Origin: Parcubacteria group bacterium
GTDB taxonomy: Bacteria; Patescibacteriota; Minisyncoccia; Phycocordibacterales; Phycocordibacteraceae
Length of the DNA: 64,000 nt
NCBI GenBank assembly: GCA_028286615.1
Contig: JAQBRG010000003.1
Span: forward strand, 83,330 to 147,329
Direction: 5' to 3'
Shown here: positions 10,604 to 20,399 of the stretch, piece after piece
How the letters are laid out: every line of letters begins with the position of its first letter
How positions within the stretch are numbered: the first letter of the stretch is position 1
Translations under genes and position numbers: made by a program
The notes under the pieces: generated by a model
Told to the model about the DNA's origin: nothing
Databases searched by the model: none
The model's input: the letters and a program-made list of their open reading frames with translations, nothing else

Positions 10604-10750
10604 TGCTGCCTCCCTTGCTGAAATGTGCAACAACCATATTCAACTTTAGAATATGTGTTGTGTCAAATAGGGCGCCGAGATTTCAACTCGACCAATAAAA
10701 TATGCGCCCCGCCTCATTGGAGACAGGGCGCACAGTATTTCGCCTTGGCG

Positions 10751-11140
10751 TTAGTTGGAGGCCAGGGCGAGCTCCGTCGAGGGCTGCTTGCCGTCGACCC
10801 TGACCATCGTGATGCCGTTGGCGATCAGGATGATGGCGATCGCGATCAGGCCGAGGGTCGGGTTGCCGTCGGGGCTGCTTTCCGCGAAGGTCGCGTGATT
10901 CGCGACGAGCGTGAAAGCGATCGCGGTCTCGCAGACAGCCAGGATGCCGATCATCGGATTGTTCTGGCGCATGGCGACGAACAGCATATGGATAGCGCCG
11001 GCGAAGATCATGAAGGCGAACGCGGTCCGCCAGACATTCTCGAACGACGACATCATCTGCATATCCGCCGACATGACGACTGCGAAGACGCCGACAAATG
11101 CGAACGCGGAACCAGTGAACGAAAAGAACTTGCTAAACAT
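10751..11140 (-). CDS. Hypothetical four-helix membrane protein, GC-rich codon usage
   Basis: Four hydrophobic segments; AGGAG RBS; TTGACA promoter near 11190-11195. Confidence 0.7.
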   Translation of the reverse strand: MFSKFFSFTGSAFAFVGVFAVVMSADMQMMSSFENVWRTAFAFMIFAGAIHMLFVAMRQNNPMIGILAVCETAIAFTLVANHATFAESSPDGNPTLGLIAIAIILIANGITMVRVDGKQPSTELALASN

Positions 11141-11248
11141 CTGAAGTCTCCTGTTGAACCTATGGTTAGATTATACATGAATGCGTCATATTGTCAATAC
11201 GTACAGGACTTTAGCCTAACCAACGAGCTTTTAGGCTAGAATGGCAAC

Positions 11249-11875
11249 ATGGTCCGCAAGCCCGACGTTAAGCGAGAGAAACTTATACACGTAACTCTAA
11301 ACCCAGCCGCCAAGGTGTATTTGGAAGAATCGCTCGTTGTAGGAGCAAATCTCGGCAACGCAAAGTTAGAGAAGCTTTCGCTTGAAAAGTGCGTGGTTGA
11401 AAGCAGTAGTTTTAATACAACAAACGTAGCTGAGTCAGAGGTGTCAGACACCATCTTTGAGAAGTGCGATTTAACTGCCGCAGCCTTCTACGAAGCAAGG
11501 CTTGATAGGGTTCTTATAAAGTCCACGCGTTTCCAAGGGGCAACTCTTGCTGAATCCGAACTGCATGATGTGCACTTCTCTTCTTCAAAGCTCGACGGAG
11601 CTAACTTCAGATACAGCAAACTAACAGATGTGCTCTTTGAGAAATGCGAAATGGTTGAATGCGATTTCCTTGGGGCAGAGCTTGAGAATGTGGAGTTTCG
11701 TAACTGCAATTTAAAGGAATCCCAATTCCTTTCAGCAAAGCTCTATGAGGTGCAGTTCCCTGGCTCAAACATTGAGAATATCCAAATAGGTAAGACGAGC
11801 ATGGAGAATGTAACCGTCTCAACAGACCAGGCTCTATACCTCTCTGGTGCGCTTGGTCTAAAGATTAAAGACTAG
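11249..11875 (+). CDS. Pentapeptide repeat protein
   Basis: Periodic A(D/N)(L/F)xx-type repeats throughout. Confidence 0.88.
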   Translation: MVRKPDVKREKLIHVTLNPAAKVYLEESLVVGANLGNAKLEKLSLEKCVVESSSFNTTNVAESEVSDTIFEKCDLTAAAFYEARLDRVLIKSTRFQGATLAESELHDVHFSSSKLDGANFRYSKLTDVLFEKCEMVECDFLGAELENVEFRNCNLKESQFLSAKLYEVQFPGSNIENIQIGKTSMENVTVSTDQALYLSGALGLKIKD

Positions 11876-11877
11876 CT

Positions 11878-12105
11878 ATGCGCAGAATATTTAGTGCTCT
11901 CGGCTGGTTTGTCCTAAAACTCCTCACCCGAAATCCCCTCCTGCACCCTCTCTGGGCTTGGATACGCACCTGTACACGAAAGGTTAAGCATAGAACTGAA
12001 GCAGAAGCCGTTGCCCAAGCAAGGCGTCTTGATCCCTCGCTACACGCATATAAGTGTCCGTACTGCAGAAAGTGGCACGTAGGACATAACAAAAGATCCC
12101 GCTAG
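11878..12105 (+). CDS. Small basic protein with zinc-ribbon-like C-terminus
   Basis: YKCPYCRKWHVGH; starts 2 nt after the upstream stop; terminator 12091-12117. Confidence 0.55.
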   Translation: MRRIFSALGWFVLKLLTRNPLLHPLWAWIRTCTRKVKHRTEAEAVAQARRLDPSLHAYKCPYCRKWHVGHNKRSR

Positions 12106-12131
12106 ACGGGATCTTTTGTTTCTTCTTTGTA

Positions 12132-12545
12132 CTAAACGGCAGGAGCTGGAGTTGGTGCGGGAGCTGCTGCACTTCCAAGCAACCCTTCAATCTTTGCAAC
12201 AATTTCTTCAATAGCAACTTCGGCTTTGATGAGGTAGTCGTTTGCTCCAAGAGACTTTGCCCTATCAATATCCTTCTGCTGTCCTAGGTTTGAGACAACG
12301 ATAACGGGAGTGTCTTTAACCTCGTCAGTTCGCTTTCGGATGGTTTCAAGCACGGTAAAGCCATCCATGGTTGGAAGCATGAGATCGAGGAGAATAAGAG
12401 CCGGGTGGTTCTGCTCAATAAGAGTAAGTGCTTCAGCTCCATCACTTGCGTAGAGAGTCTGGTATTTGCCAGCAAACGTGTGCCCTAGGAGGTTTTTGAG
12501 AACTGGGTCGTCTTCAACCACGAGGATGAATTTGGTTTCGGTCAT
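12132..12545 (-). CDS. Single-domain response regulator (receiver)
   Basis: ILVVEDD, LLDLMLP-MDG, GANDYLIK. Confidence 0.92.
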   Translation of the reverse strand: MTETKFILVVEDDPVLKNLLGHTFAGKYQTLYASDGAEALTLIEQNHPALILLDLMLPTMDGFTVLETIRKRTDEVKDTPVIVVSNLGQQKDIDRAKSLGANDYLIKAEVAIEEIVAKIEGLLGSAAAPAPTPAPAV

Positions 12546-12559
12546 AGGCAGAGTATACC

Positions 12560-13660
12560 CTACGCAGCCGCAGCAGCTAGAGGGAGGGAAAGTGAGAAGG
12601 TAGTGCCCGGGCCGTCAGTATTTGTAGCAAAGTTAAGGTCCCCTCCGTGGTCTGTAGCAATGGTGCGGGCAATATAGAGCCCCAGCCCGTTACCAGCATT
12701 CTCCTTAGCAACCGCGTTCTGTGCCCTGTAGAAGCGTTCAAAGATGTTGGACTTGTCTCCAGACTGAATACCAATACCGGTGTCACGCACATGTACGTAT
12801 ACGCGAGATCCGCTCATCTCAAGTGAGACGCGCACACTTCCTCCTACAGGTGTGTAGCGAATAGCATTCTCAACAATATTGTTAAGTACCCATTTAATAC
12901 GTTCCTGGTCTGCGCGCACTGGAGCTATAGGAATTTGTGGCGGAACAAAGTTCAAAGAAACCTGACTGCGTCCTGCAAGCTCCATGAAGTCACGCACCAC
13001 GTCCTGTGTTGTGCGCATGAGATCGGTAGAGACAAACAGGTACTTGTACTTGCCCGACTCAATACTTGAGATATCAAGTAGCGTACCCACAATGTTAACC
13101 AGCTGATGGCTCTTTTCTGTAGCGCTCGTAACAAGAGCTTTCTGGTCTGGTGTAAGCGGTTCTTTCTCAAGTGCCTCAAGTGCCCAACGGATACCTGTGA
13201 GCGGCGTTCTGAACTGATGCGCCGCAGTTGATATGAAGTCGGACTTCACGCGTGACACTTCAAGGTCTCGCGCATGTGCTTGCTCAACTCCATTAGCGAA
13301 GTTCGTAAGGACGTCGGCAAGCTTACGAATCTCTGTAGGCGCATCCTGGAGAGCTGCGAAGTCGAGACGTTCGTTGTGTGACGTAAATGCCTCAAGACTA
13401 GCAACGATATTGCGAAGAGGCTTAACCACGTAATGGCTAAAGATCCATATAAGAAGAACGAGAAGCGCGAGAAGAGATATGAGAAGCAGTACTGATTGCC
13501 CTGCCAATACAGTCTCGAGTATCTGTACGTTTACACTGCTGCTGTCAGGAAACATGCCGAGCACATGCTGCTGTATGTACTGGCTTGTGAGGAAGATAAC
13601 GGCACCTCCCCAGAGGAGGAGGACAACTCCAAGCAATACCAGGAACTTCCTTAGACTCAT
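12560..13660 (-). CDS. Membrane sensor histidine kinase (HAMP-HisKA-HATPase)
   Basis: AAHQFRTPL H-box, NIVENAIRY, DTGIG, GNGLGL. Confidence 0.93.
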   Translation of the reverse strand: MSLRKFLVLLGVVLLLWGGAVIFLTSQYIQQHVLGMFPDSSSVNVQILETVLAGQSVLLLISLLALLVLLIWIFSHYVVKPLRNIVASLEAFTSHNERLDFAALQDAPTEIRKLADVLTNFANGVEQAHARDLEVSRVKSDFISTAAHQFRTPLTGIRWALEALEKEPLTPDQKALVTSATEKSHQLVNIVGTLLDISSIESGKYKYLFVSTDLMRTTQDVVRDFMELAGRSQVSLNFVPPQIPIAPVRADQERIKWVLNNIVENAIRYTPVGGSVRVSLEMSGSRVYVHVRDTGIGIQSGDKSNIFERFYRAQNAVAKENAGNGLGLYIARTIATDHGGDLNFATNTDGPGTTFSLSLPLAAAAA

Positions 13661-13684
13661 TAGAAAAATACTAGCACGCTTCTG

Positions 13685-16600
13685 CTACCGCCTTTTTCGT
13701 GGTGTGCTTTTCTTCTTCGGTTCCCCGCCTTCAAGGGAGTAGATTTCGTCTCGTATAAGCGCTGCTGTTTCAAAATCCAGTGCCTCGACCGCTTCTTCCA
13801 TCTGTTTGCGCTTGTCTTTAATAAAGGCAACCGGGTCTTCCTTGTACAACTTCTCGTCTAGAGAGAGAAGCGAGTGGACGGTCTTCTGATGTTCGCTACG
13901 CATGGTTTCAGCAATGTCTCGAATTTCCTTCTTAATTGTTACGGGTGTTATGCCGTGCTTGTCGTTGTACGCCTTTTGTATAGTACGGCGGCGGTTAGTC
14001 TCTCCAATTGCGCGCTCCATTGAACCGGTCATAACATCGGCATAGAGAATAACCTTGCCTAGGATATTTCGGGCAGCGCGTCCGATAGTTTGAATGAGCG
14101 AGGTTTCAGAACGAAGGAACCCTTCCTTGTCAGCATCAAGAATTCCCACGAGTTCAACCTCAGGAAGATCGAGTCCTTCGCGAAGAAGGTTCACACCCAC
14201 AAGTACGTCAAAGTCCCCCTTACGGAACGCGGTGAGAATCTCAATACGTTCTATCGTCTTAATGTCGCTATGCAGGTATTCAGCTTTTATCTTCCTCTCG
14301 CGAAGGAATTCGGAAAGATCCTCTGCCATCTGTTTGGTTAGAGTTGTGGCAAGGGCACGGCCTCCACGCTTAATTACAATCTCAGCTTCGTGGATGAAGT
14401 CTGCCACCTGTCCCTTGTAGTCTCCGCTTTCAACAATTGGCTTAACCTCAAGCTCTGGGTCTATAAGTCCGGTAGGACGAATGATCTGCTCAACAACCTG
14501 TCCGTTGGGAGCAACGCTATGTTCGCGCTCGTAATTGCCTGGAGTAGCGGTGGTGTAGATAGTCTGGCCAATGCGTTTCTCAAACTCATCGAACTTGAGT
14601 GGACGGTTGTCGCGAGCTGATGGCAAACGGAATCCGTGCTCAACAAGCACGTCTTTGCGCGAGCGGTCTCCCGCATACATACCACCAACCTGAGACACCG
14701 TTACGTGCGACTCGTCGATAATAGTAAGGAAGTCAGGGGTGCCGTCCTTCTTGTGCGGGAAGTATGAAAGCAGGGTGTGTGGAGGGTCTCCAGGAGCTCG
14801 TCCATCAAAGTGTCGCGAGTAGTTCTCAATGCCGCTCGTATAGCCAATCTCACGAATAAGCGCGAGATCATGCAGGGTACGGCGTTTGATACGTTCTGCC
14901 TCAAGAAGCTTCTCTTCTCGCTTGAAGTGCGCAAGCTGCTCATCTAGCTCCCTTTTGATATCTTCGATTGCGCGGTTGCGATCGTCTTCGCTCGTAACGA
15001 AGTGTTTGGCTGGGAAAATAAACAGGGAATCTGGTTCTGCGGTCTTGGCGCGTGATACCGGATCCAAGCATTCAATGCGCCCTACCACATCCCCATCAAA
15101 GGTTATGCGGAATATGGAACGTTCGTTCGTTGGCATGAGTTCAACTGCGTTTCCAACTGCACGAAGCTTGCCGGGTTCAAGGTCTGCGTTCGTACGTTCG
15201 AAATAGATACCGACGAGTTTGCGAATAAGAGCTGCACGATTCTCTTCTGTACCCTTAATAACCTTTACGTGTCGCTTCTCGTATTCCTGGGGTGAACCAA
15301 GACCATAGATTGCAGAGACGGAGGCTACGATAATAACGTCGCTGCGTGTGAGGAGAGATTGTGTAGCTGCGTGGCGAAGACGGTCAATCTCAGCATTGAT
15401 CTGTGCCTCCTTTTCTATATAGGTATCAGAGTGAGCGATATATGCTTCCGGCTGGTAGTAGTCATAGTAGGAAACGAAGTAGTGCACTTCGTTCTCGGGA
15501 AAGAATTCACGATACTCTTGGGCTAGCTGAGCTGCCAAAGTCTTGTTATGCGCCATCACCAAAGTTGGCTTTCCGAAGTTGGCTATTACGTTAGCTGCAG
15601 TATATGTATTATGGACAAACATACCACCGCGTCCAGCAAGGAAAGTTTCATTGCCGTCAACGGCGAAGTCGTAGACCTTGCCAGTACCATGTATCTTTTC
15701 AATACTTTGCACAGGTGTCCAGAATAGATTCAGAAGTACTTCCCAGTTATCAACAATTTCTTTAACAGCTGAAATTGACTCATGTGTCTTAAAGAAAGCT
15801 ACAAGCTTCTTTGTCACTGAGTAGGAAGGCTTACGTATACCCGTTTCTAACATAGACATATACGAACGCTCGATACCGCAAGCTGCGGCTACGTCTCTTT
15901 GATGTAGAGACAGTAATGTCCTTAGCTCTTTAATCTGTAAGCCTTGTATAGGTATGAGATCTACGTTTGTATTAGCAGACGGAGGAATTATTTTTTCAAG
16001 TGCTTTTTGTTTACGCGGTAAGAAGAATCCAATTTCCTCCTGAAATCGTTCAAGGCTGTCTTTACCGGAAATACTAATCTTCCATACCTCGTTTCTAAAG
16101 GTTTTTCCGGGAACTTTAACCATTTTTCTCTTTAGGCGTGCAACGATACCAAACCGAAGAAGCGCGTATAACAATTCTGACGCAAGCTTTTTACTTACCG
16201 TAGAAGCAGATACGATATTTTTATCTACCCCGCCATCTGCAGAGAAATAGGCGCTTAGTAGCTGGGCAAGCTGTGCATTCGACAATTCATTCCAGAATGG
16301 TGGAAGCTGCTTGGTTTGGGAATGGCTACCGCACCATTCTGCTAGAACGTCATGCCATAACAGACTATTTATTTGATAGTCGTATGTGCCTGGTCGGTGA
16401 CTGAAGGTCATGCCACGCAGAGTTACCTCTTTGCGCACGTCCTCAACGATTTCCTCATCACCTGACGAAATCGTCAAATATTTTCCAGTAGCGTGTCCTT
16501 CACCTATATAGAAGCCGAGGAGTCGCAAAAATGAAGGAGTTATTACTTGGATGGGTGAGGTTGCAAGTTTTAAAGAACGGCTTCCAAGCATCATTAGATT

Positions 16601-17314
16601 AGGAGCGACTAACTGAACTGATGCTAATGATGCTCGTTCGCCCAATGCAACGCGGTGGCGTTTGTAGTAAGGGAGTGTTGAGAGAAATTCATTACCCCAT
16701 CCACTGATACCGACAGGGGCGGCATAAAAAGAGTGCGCTGATCTTAACAAGACAGGAGTTACATTTACCTCTTTTAATTCTTGTGTAGGTCCATCTATGA
16801 ATCTTGGTACTGGAAGAAAGTCTCCAGCCCTAACATCCTCTGTTTTCAAAAGTATTAGCGTGCCGTCTCGCAAGACGTAAAAGTTATGGTCGCCCGTCGC
16901 AGTCACTTTCCTCCCACAGCTGCTTTCTATATCCCAGAGTTCTTCTGGCGAATGATGTCTGGATACTTGCGTAATTTGCTTCCAGGAGGATTTTCCAGTC
17001 GTAGGGTTTACGCTATACGTTTCTATATCTAAGAACTCAGTCTCGAGTAGCTCAGTATCTCCAAGCAATAAAGCCTCGTCTTGGTAGCGTATAAACAAAT
17101 CGTCAACATAGTCTCCGATAGCCAAGCATTCTGAACGGCTTTTATCACGTACGAGTACTGCTGTATCAGGAGTGACGCTCTTTCCAGAACCCGTAACTCC
17201 GAGCAAGGTCTGGTGCCGCATGCCCTTTTTAAGACCTTCGGTTAGTTTGGCTATGGCAGCCGGCTGGTCGCCGGCAGCGGGAAATGGAATATGGAGCTTA
17301 AATTGACCGTTCAT
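13685..17314 (-). CDS. uvrB: Excinuclease ABC subunit B, intein-containing (extein about 685 aa)
   Basis: GDQP, GVTGSGK|T, YFVSYYDYYQPEAY, IDESH, LLREGLDLPEV, QTIGRAAR, C-terminal UVR. Confidence 0.96.
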   Translation of the reverse strand: MNGQFKLHIPFPAAGDQPAAIAKLTEGLKKGMRHQTLLGVTGSGKSVTPDTAVLVRDKSRSECLAIGDYVDDLFIRYQDEALLLGDTELLETEFLDIETYSVNPTTGKSSWKQITQVSRHHSPEELWDIESSCGRKVTATGDHNFYVLRDGTLILLKTEDVRAGDFLPVPRFIDGPTQELKEVNVTPVLLRSAHSFYAAPVGISGWGNEFLSTLPYYKRHRVALGERASLASVQLVAPNLMMLGSRSLKLATSPIQVITPSFLRLLGFYIGEGHATGKYLTISSGDEEIVEDVRKEVTLRGMTFSHRPGTYDYQINSLLWHDVLAEWCGSHSQTKQLPPFWNELSNAQLAQLLSAYFSADGGVDKNIVSASTVSKKLASELLYALLRFGIVARLKRKMVKVPGKTFRNEVWKISISGKDSLERFQEEIGFFLPRKQKALEKIIPPSANTNVDLIPIQGLQIKELRTLLSLHQRDVAAACGIERSYMSMLETGIRKPSYSVTKKLVAFFKTHESISAVKEIVDNWEVLLNLFWTPVQSIEKIHGTGKVYDFAVDGNETFLAGRGGMFVHNTYTAANVIANFGKPTLVMAHNKTLAAQLAQEYREFFPENEVHYFVSYYDYYQPEAYIAHSDTYIEKEAQINAEIDRLRHAATQSLLTRSDVIIVASVSAIYGLGSPQEYEKRHVKVIKGTEENRAALIRKLVGIYFERTNADLEPGKLRAVGNAVELMPTNERSIFRITFDGDVVGRIECLDPVSRAKTAEPDSLFIFPAKHFVTSEDDRNRAIEDIKRELDEQLAHFKREEKLLEAERIKRRTLHDLALIREIGYTSGIENYSRHFDGRAPGDPPHTLLSYFPHKKDGTPDFLTIIDESHVTVSQVGGMYAGDRSRKDVLVEHGFRLPSARDNRPLKFDEFEKRIGQTIYTTATPGNYEREHSVAPNGQVVEQIIRPTGLIDPELEVKPIVESGDYKGQVADFIHEAEIVIKRGGRALATTLTKQMAEDLSEFLRERKIKAEYLHSDIKTIERIEILTAFRKGDFDVLVGVNLLREGLDLPEVELVGILDADKEGFLRSETSLIQTIGRAARNILGKVILYADVMTGSMERAIGETNRRRTIQKAYNDKHGITPVTIKKEIRDIAETMRSEHQKTVHSLLSLDEKLYKEDPVAFIKDKRKQMEEAVEALDFETAALIRDEIYSLEGGEPKKKSTPRKRR
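15608..17179 (-). mobile_element. Intein (524 aa) with LAGLIDADG homing endonuclease and embedded XRE-type HTH
   Basis: Begins with Ser (SVTPDT) after Walker A Lys; block B TGDHNF; LLGFYIGEG and LSAYFSADG endonuclease motifs; ends VYDFAV...FVHN before Thr. Confidence 0.93.
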
Positions 17315-17371
17315 ACGCCTATTGTATAGTCGAATGTAGAAGATTGCATTAACTTCAGAAAGGCTTTCCTG

Positions 17372-17719
17372 ATGGTTAGTATTGAGCAGATAGATTTGGA
17401 CTTCTGTCCCAACCTCAACATATTACGAACTTTAATCCTCGCAACAGAAGCGGCGCAAAAACACCTGCATGGCAGCGAGCCATTCCTGATTGCAGAAAAT
17501 GGCAGTATTTCAGATATTGAGTCCTTTCAGATTACTTTGCTATTAAATCCAATCGAGCCGGGATTTGTGAGTTTCCGGTCTCAGCTTGAGGCAGTTTATT
17601 TAGCTCACGAGAAATGTACCTTGAGTGTCAGTGATATTGAGACACTTAACTCCCGTGCAGAATCCGCAGTACTTACGACAATGGATATGATTAGCAACCC
17701 TCTGAATCATACTCAATAA
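17372..17719 (+). CDS. Hypothetical protein
   Basis: 115-aa ORF filling the uvrB-tgt gap. Confidence 0.5.
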   Translation: MVSIEQIDLDFCPNLNILRTLILATEAAQKHLHGSEPFLIAENGSISDIESFQITLLLNPIEPGFVSFRSQLEAVYLAHEKCTLSVSDIETLNSRAESAVLTTMDMISNPLNHTQ

Positions 17720-17767
17720 CAAGTAACGCAGAAATAAAAGGCCGGTCCCAAGGGACCGGTTATTTTC

Positions 17768-18982
17768 TTATGTGTAATAGTCTCGAACGAAGTCTTCTCT
17801 ATACTGCTCAAATGTTCCATTCAAAATAGCTTCTCGTGCATCGTCCACGAGTTTAATAATGAACCCAAGGTTGTGCATGGAGGCAATAATAGAACCGAGC
17901 ATTTCTCCGGAACGAAGGAGGTGCGACACGTAGGCACGTGTAAAAGTCTCGGTGCCGGGGATAACTGTCTCTGAGTCTAGAGGCGTTAAATCTTTCTGGT
18001 ATTTCTCTGCTTTAAGACTGATGGGACCTCGACGAGTATAGATAGTGCCATGTCGTCCGTGACGCGTTGCTGCAACACAATCAAAGGTATCCATACCTTC
18101 AGCGATTCCAAGCAATAGATCTCCTGGCTCTCCAATGCCAAGGAAGTGTCGCGGCTTCTCTTCTGGCAAGTGTTTAACTGCGGCTTGAAGTGCACCCATC
18201 ATATCTTCTTTGCTGAAGGACCCTCCAATACCAAATCCATCGAAATCCATAGATGCAATTTCTTTAGCACTTTCTTCTCGAAGATCTTCGTGGCGTCCTC
18301 CCTGCACAATGCCAAAGATTGCCTGCTTGCGGTTTGCCTCTAGATTCTGTCGATGTGCTTTAAGAGATCGTTCGGCCCAACGATGCGTACGCTCCATTGC
18401 TTCCTTCTGATATTCATAGCTTTCGGTTGGTGCCGTGCATTCGTCAAACGCAAAGAACATGTCTGCTCCAAGCGCATGCTGTATTTCAATAGAACGTTCG
18501 GGCGTAAAGCGATGGAGGGATCCGTCGAGATGCGAAGTGAAGGTAACGCCCTCGTCGTCAATAATAGCGAGCTGCCCGTGTTGGCTTTGTACGTCTTCGT
18601 CAAAGACAGCAACACCTTGTTCTCGAGGTTTCTCTTCTCCTTTAGCAATCTTGGTTATGGTTCTCCCAAACGCAGCTCCGAGCGAGAAGACTTGGAAGCC
18701 TCCTGAATCGGTCATGGTTGGTCCGTCCCACCCCATGAACATTCCAAGTCCTCCCGCATCCTTAACAAGTTGCTCTCCGGGCTGAAGATAGAGGTGGTAC
18801 GTGTTCGCAAGGACAACTTGTGCGCCAAGACCCTTGAGTTGTTCCGGAAGCACACCCTTAACTCCGGCCTTGGTACCGACAGGAACAAATACGGGGGTCT
18901 TAATATCTCCATGTGGGGTATGGATAATACCTGCCCGGGCGCGGCCATGTCGCTTTTGTATCTCAAAAGAGATGGGTCTCAT
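17768..18982 (-). CDS. tgt: tRNA-guanine transglycosylase
   Basis: TPVFVPVGT, LANTYHL, TDSGGFQVFSL, GIVQGG, DTFDCV. Confidence 0.95.
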   Translation of the reverse strand: MRPISFEIQKRHGRARAGIIHTPHGDIKTPVFVPVGTKAGVKGVLPEQLKGLGAQVVLANTYHLYLQPGEQLVKDAGGLGMFMGWDGPTMTDSGGFQVFSLGAAFGRTITKIAKGEEKPREQGVAVFDEDVQSQHGQLAIIDDEGVTFTSHLDGSLHRFTPERSIEIQHALGADMFFAFDECTAPTESYEYQKEAMERTHRWAERSLKAHRQNLEANRKQAIFGIVQGGRHEDLREESAKEIASMDFDGFGIGGSFSKEDMMGALQAAVKHLPEEKPRHFLGIGEPGDLLLGIAEGMDTFDCVAATRHGRHGTIYTRRGPISLKAEKYQKDLTPLDSETVIPGTETFTRAYVSHLLRSGEMLGSIIASMHNLGFIIKLVDDAREAILNGTFEQYREDFVRDYYT

Positions 18983-19019
18983 ACCCAAACCCTAGCGGGA
19001 AGCCTGTATAAGAGCAAGG

Positions 19020-19068
19020 AATAAAGCCATGTTTGTTACTTGACAAAGTGTCAAGGTGTGCCTATAAT
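19020..19068 (+). promoter_or_regulatory. Consensus sigma70 promoter for the downstream lipoprotein
   Basis: TTGACA-N17-TATAAT (19040-19068). Confidence 0.75.
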
Positions 19069-19121
19069 AGTTCTCAGAGGGCACATGTTCTCGACAATTT
19101 TTTCCTAGAGGAGAGATCCAC

Positions 19122-19760
19122 GTGAGTGTTAAATCTTTTGGGGCTCTGGCCCTCGGTATCGTCGCTCTTGCGCTTGGCGCTTGCTCGACGACCCAGTACG
19201 CCGGCTACAGCAGGGATCCCCTGGCTGTGACGGCGATCTTCCAGAACGAAGACTGCGACCAAAGCGGCTGCGAATTCGGCTCCAACAAGAACCCGAAACG
19301 TCTGATCCCTGCTGAGGCCGCCGCCGGCATCACCCACTATGGGATGACGTGCGCCCAGGACACCGCCAAGCAAGTTGCCGGCCCAGTCCAAGCGACCGTC
19401 GACGGTATCGTTCCGAACGCGGCCGCAAGCGGCTTCGGCCTGCGCACCGGCATTCCCTACGTGAAGGGAAATCCTGCAAAATACGGCGCCTATGGGGCCG
19501 TGGTCGGAGCGTTCGGTGGCGCCAACTCTGGCGCCACCACCGGGGCGTTCTCCTCGGCCACCACGCGAGGCAAATGCGTCGACGACAAGTTCGCCGACGC
19601 CGGAGCCAAGGCCTTCCCTGGCACGCACACGGCAACCGTGACGGCCGGCAAGAAGATCGGCGCCAAGCTCGAACTCGACGAGACGCCGGTCCTGGACGCC
19701 TACTACAAGGAAAAAAACAGCACGCCCGATTCGGCCAAGAAGCCGCAAGAAGGCAGCTAA
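19122..19760 (+). CDS. Putative lipoprotein with glycine-zipper-like segment, GC-rich
   Basis: Lipobox LALGA-C; GAYGAVVGAFGGA; GAGGAG RBS; hairpin terminator 19786-19822. Confidence 0.75.
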   Translation: MSVKSFGALALGIVALALGACSTTQYAGYSRDPLAVTAIFQNEDCDQSGCEFGSNKNPKRLIPAEAAAGITHYGMTCAQDTAKQVAGPVQATVDGIVPNAAASGFGLRTGIPYVKGNPAKYGAYGAVVGAFGGANSGATTGAFSSATTRGKCVDDKFADAGAKAFPGTHTATVTAGKKIGAKLELDETPVLDAYYKEKNSTPDSAKKPQEGS

Positions 19761-19829
19761 ACACCTACGGGTGCAAAGCGAAGACCCGGGTGTCATCACT
19801 GACACTCCGGGCCTTCTTTTTATACTTCT

Positions 19830-20351
19830 CTACTGAATACCTACGAGTTCAACGTCAAATATAAGCGTTGCGTTGGCGGGAATACCAGCTTCAGGATATC
19901 CATTAGGTCCGTATGCGAGATCGCCAGGGACGATGAGTTGGCGTTTGCCTCCTACTTTCATACCTACGATTCCTGCATCCCATCCCTTAATTACGCGTCC
20001 AACACCAATGGGGAAACTTGCAGCTCCTCCGTGTTTAGCTGACGCATCGAAGACCGTTCCGTCAGGAAGCATGCCTACGTAATTTACGGATACAGTGTCA
20101 CCTGCTTTAACTTCTGCACCAGTACCAACAACTTCATCAGTTATGGTTAGTTCAGTTGGTAGTGGCTGAGAAGGATCGTATTGCATAGCGGTTGAAGTTG
20201 CGTTAGTGCTTGAAGCGGTTATGTCCACCACTCCTGACTCTGCAGGAGTTGGCGAACTAAACGGTGTAAATACTGCTGGCCCAAAGAATAGAAATGCGAC
20301 TGCTATGACTAATGCGATAGCGACTGCGATTCCGGTACCCGTGACATTCAT
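19830..20351 (-). CDS. FKBP-type peptidyl-prolyl isomerase with N-terminal TM anchor
   Basis: VNYVGML-DGTVFDAS, VIKGWD, GMKVGGKR, LAYG, IPANATLIFDVEL. Confidence 0.93.
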   Translation of the reverse strand: MNVTGTGIAVAIALVIAVAFLFFGPAVFTPFSSPTPAESGVVDITASSTNATSTAMQYDPSQPLPTELTITDEVVGTGAEVKAGDTVSVNYVGMLPDGTVFDASAKHGGAASFPIGVGRVIKGWDAGIVGMKVGGKRQLIVPGDLAYGPNGYPEAGIPANATLIFDVELVGIQ

Positions 20352-20399
20352 AGTTCTTGTGGTTAATGCGAACTGTTCGCTAGTATAGCATCCGACTTC

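Noticed and set aside
10625-11239. 204-aa plus-strand ORF
   Set aside because: Shadow of the GC-rich minus-strand membrane gene, which has the RBS and promoter
19074-19864. Overlapping ORFs 19074-19805, 19330-19764 and 19349-19864
   Set aside because: Alternative frames of a GC-rich gene; only 19122-19760 has a promoter, RBS and lipobox
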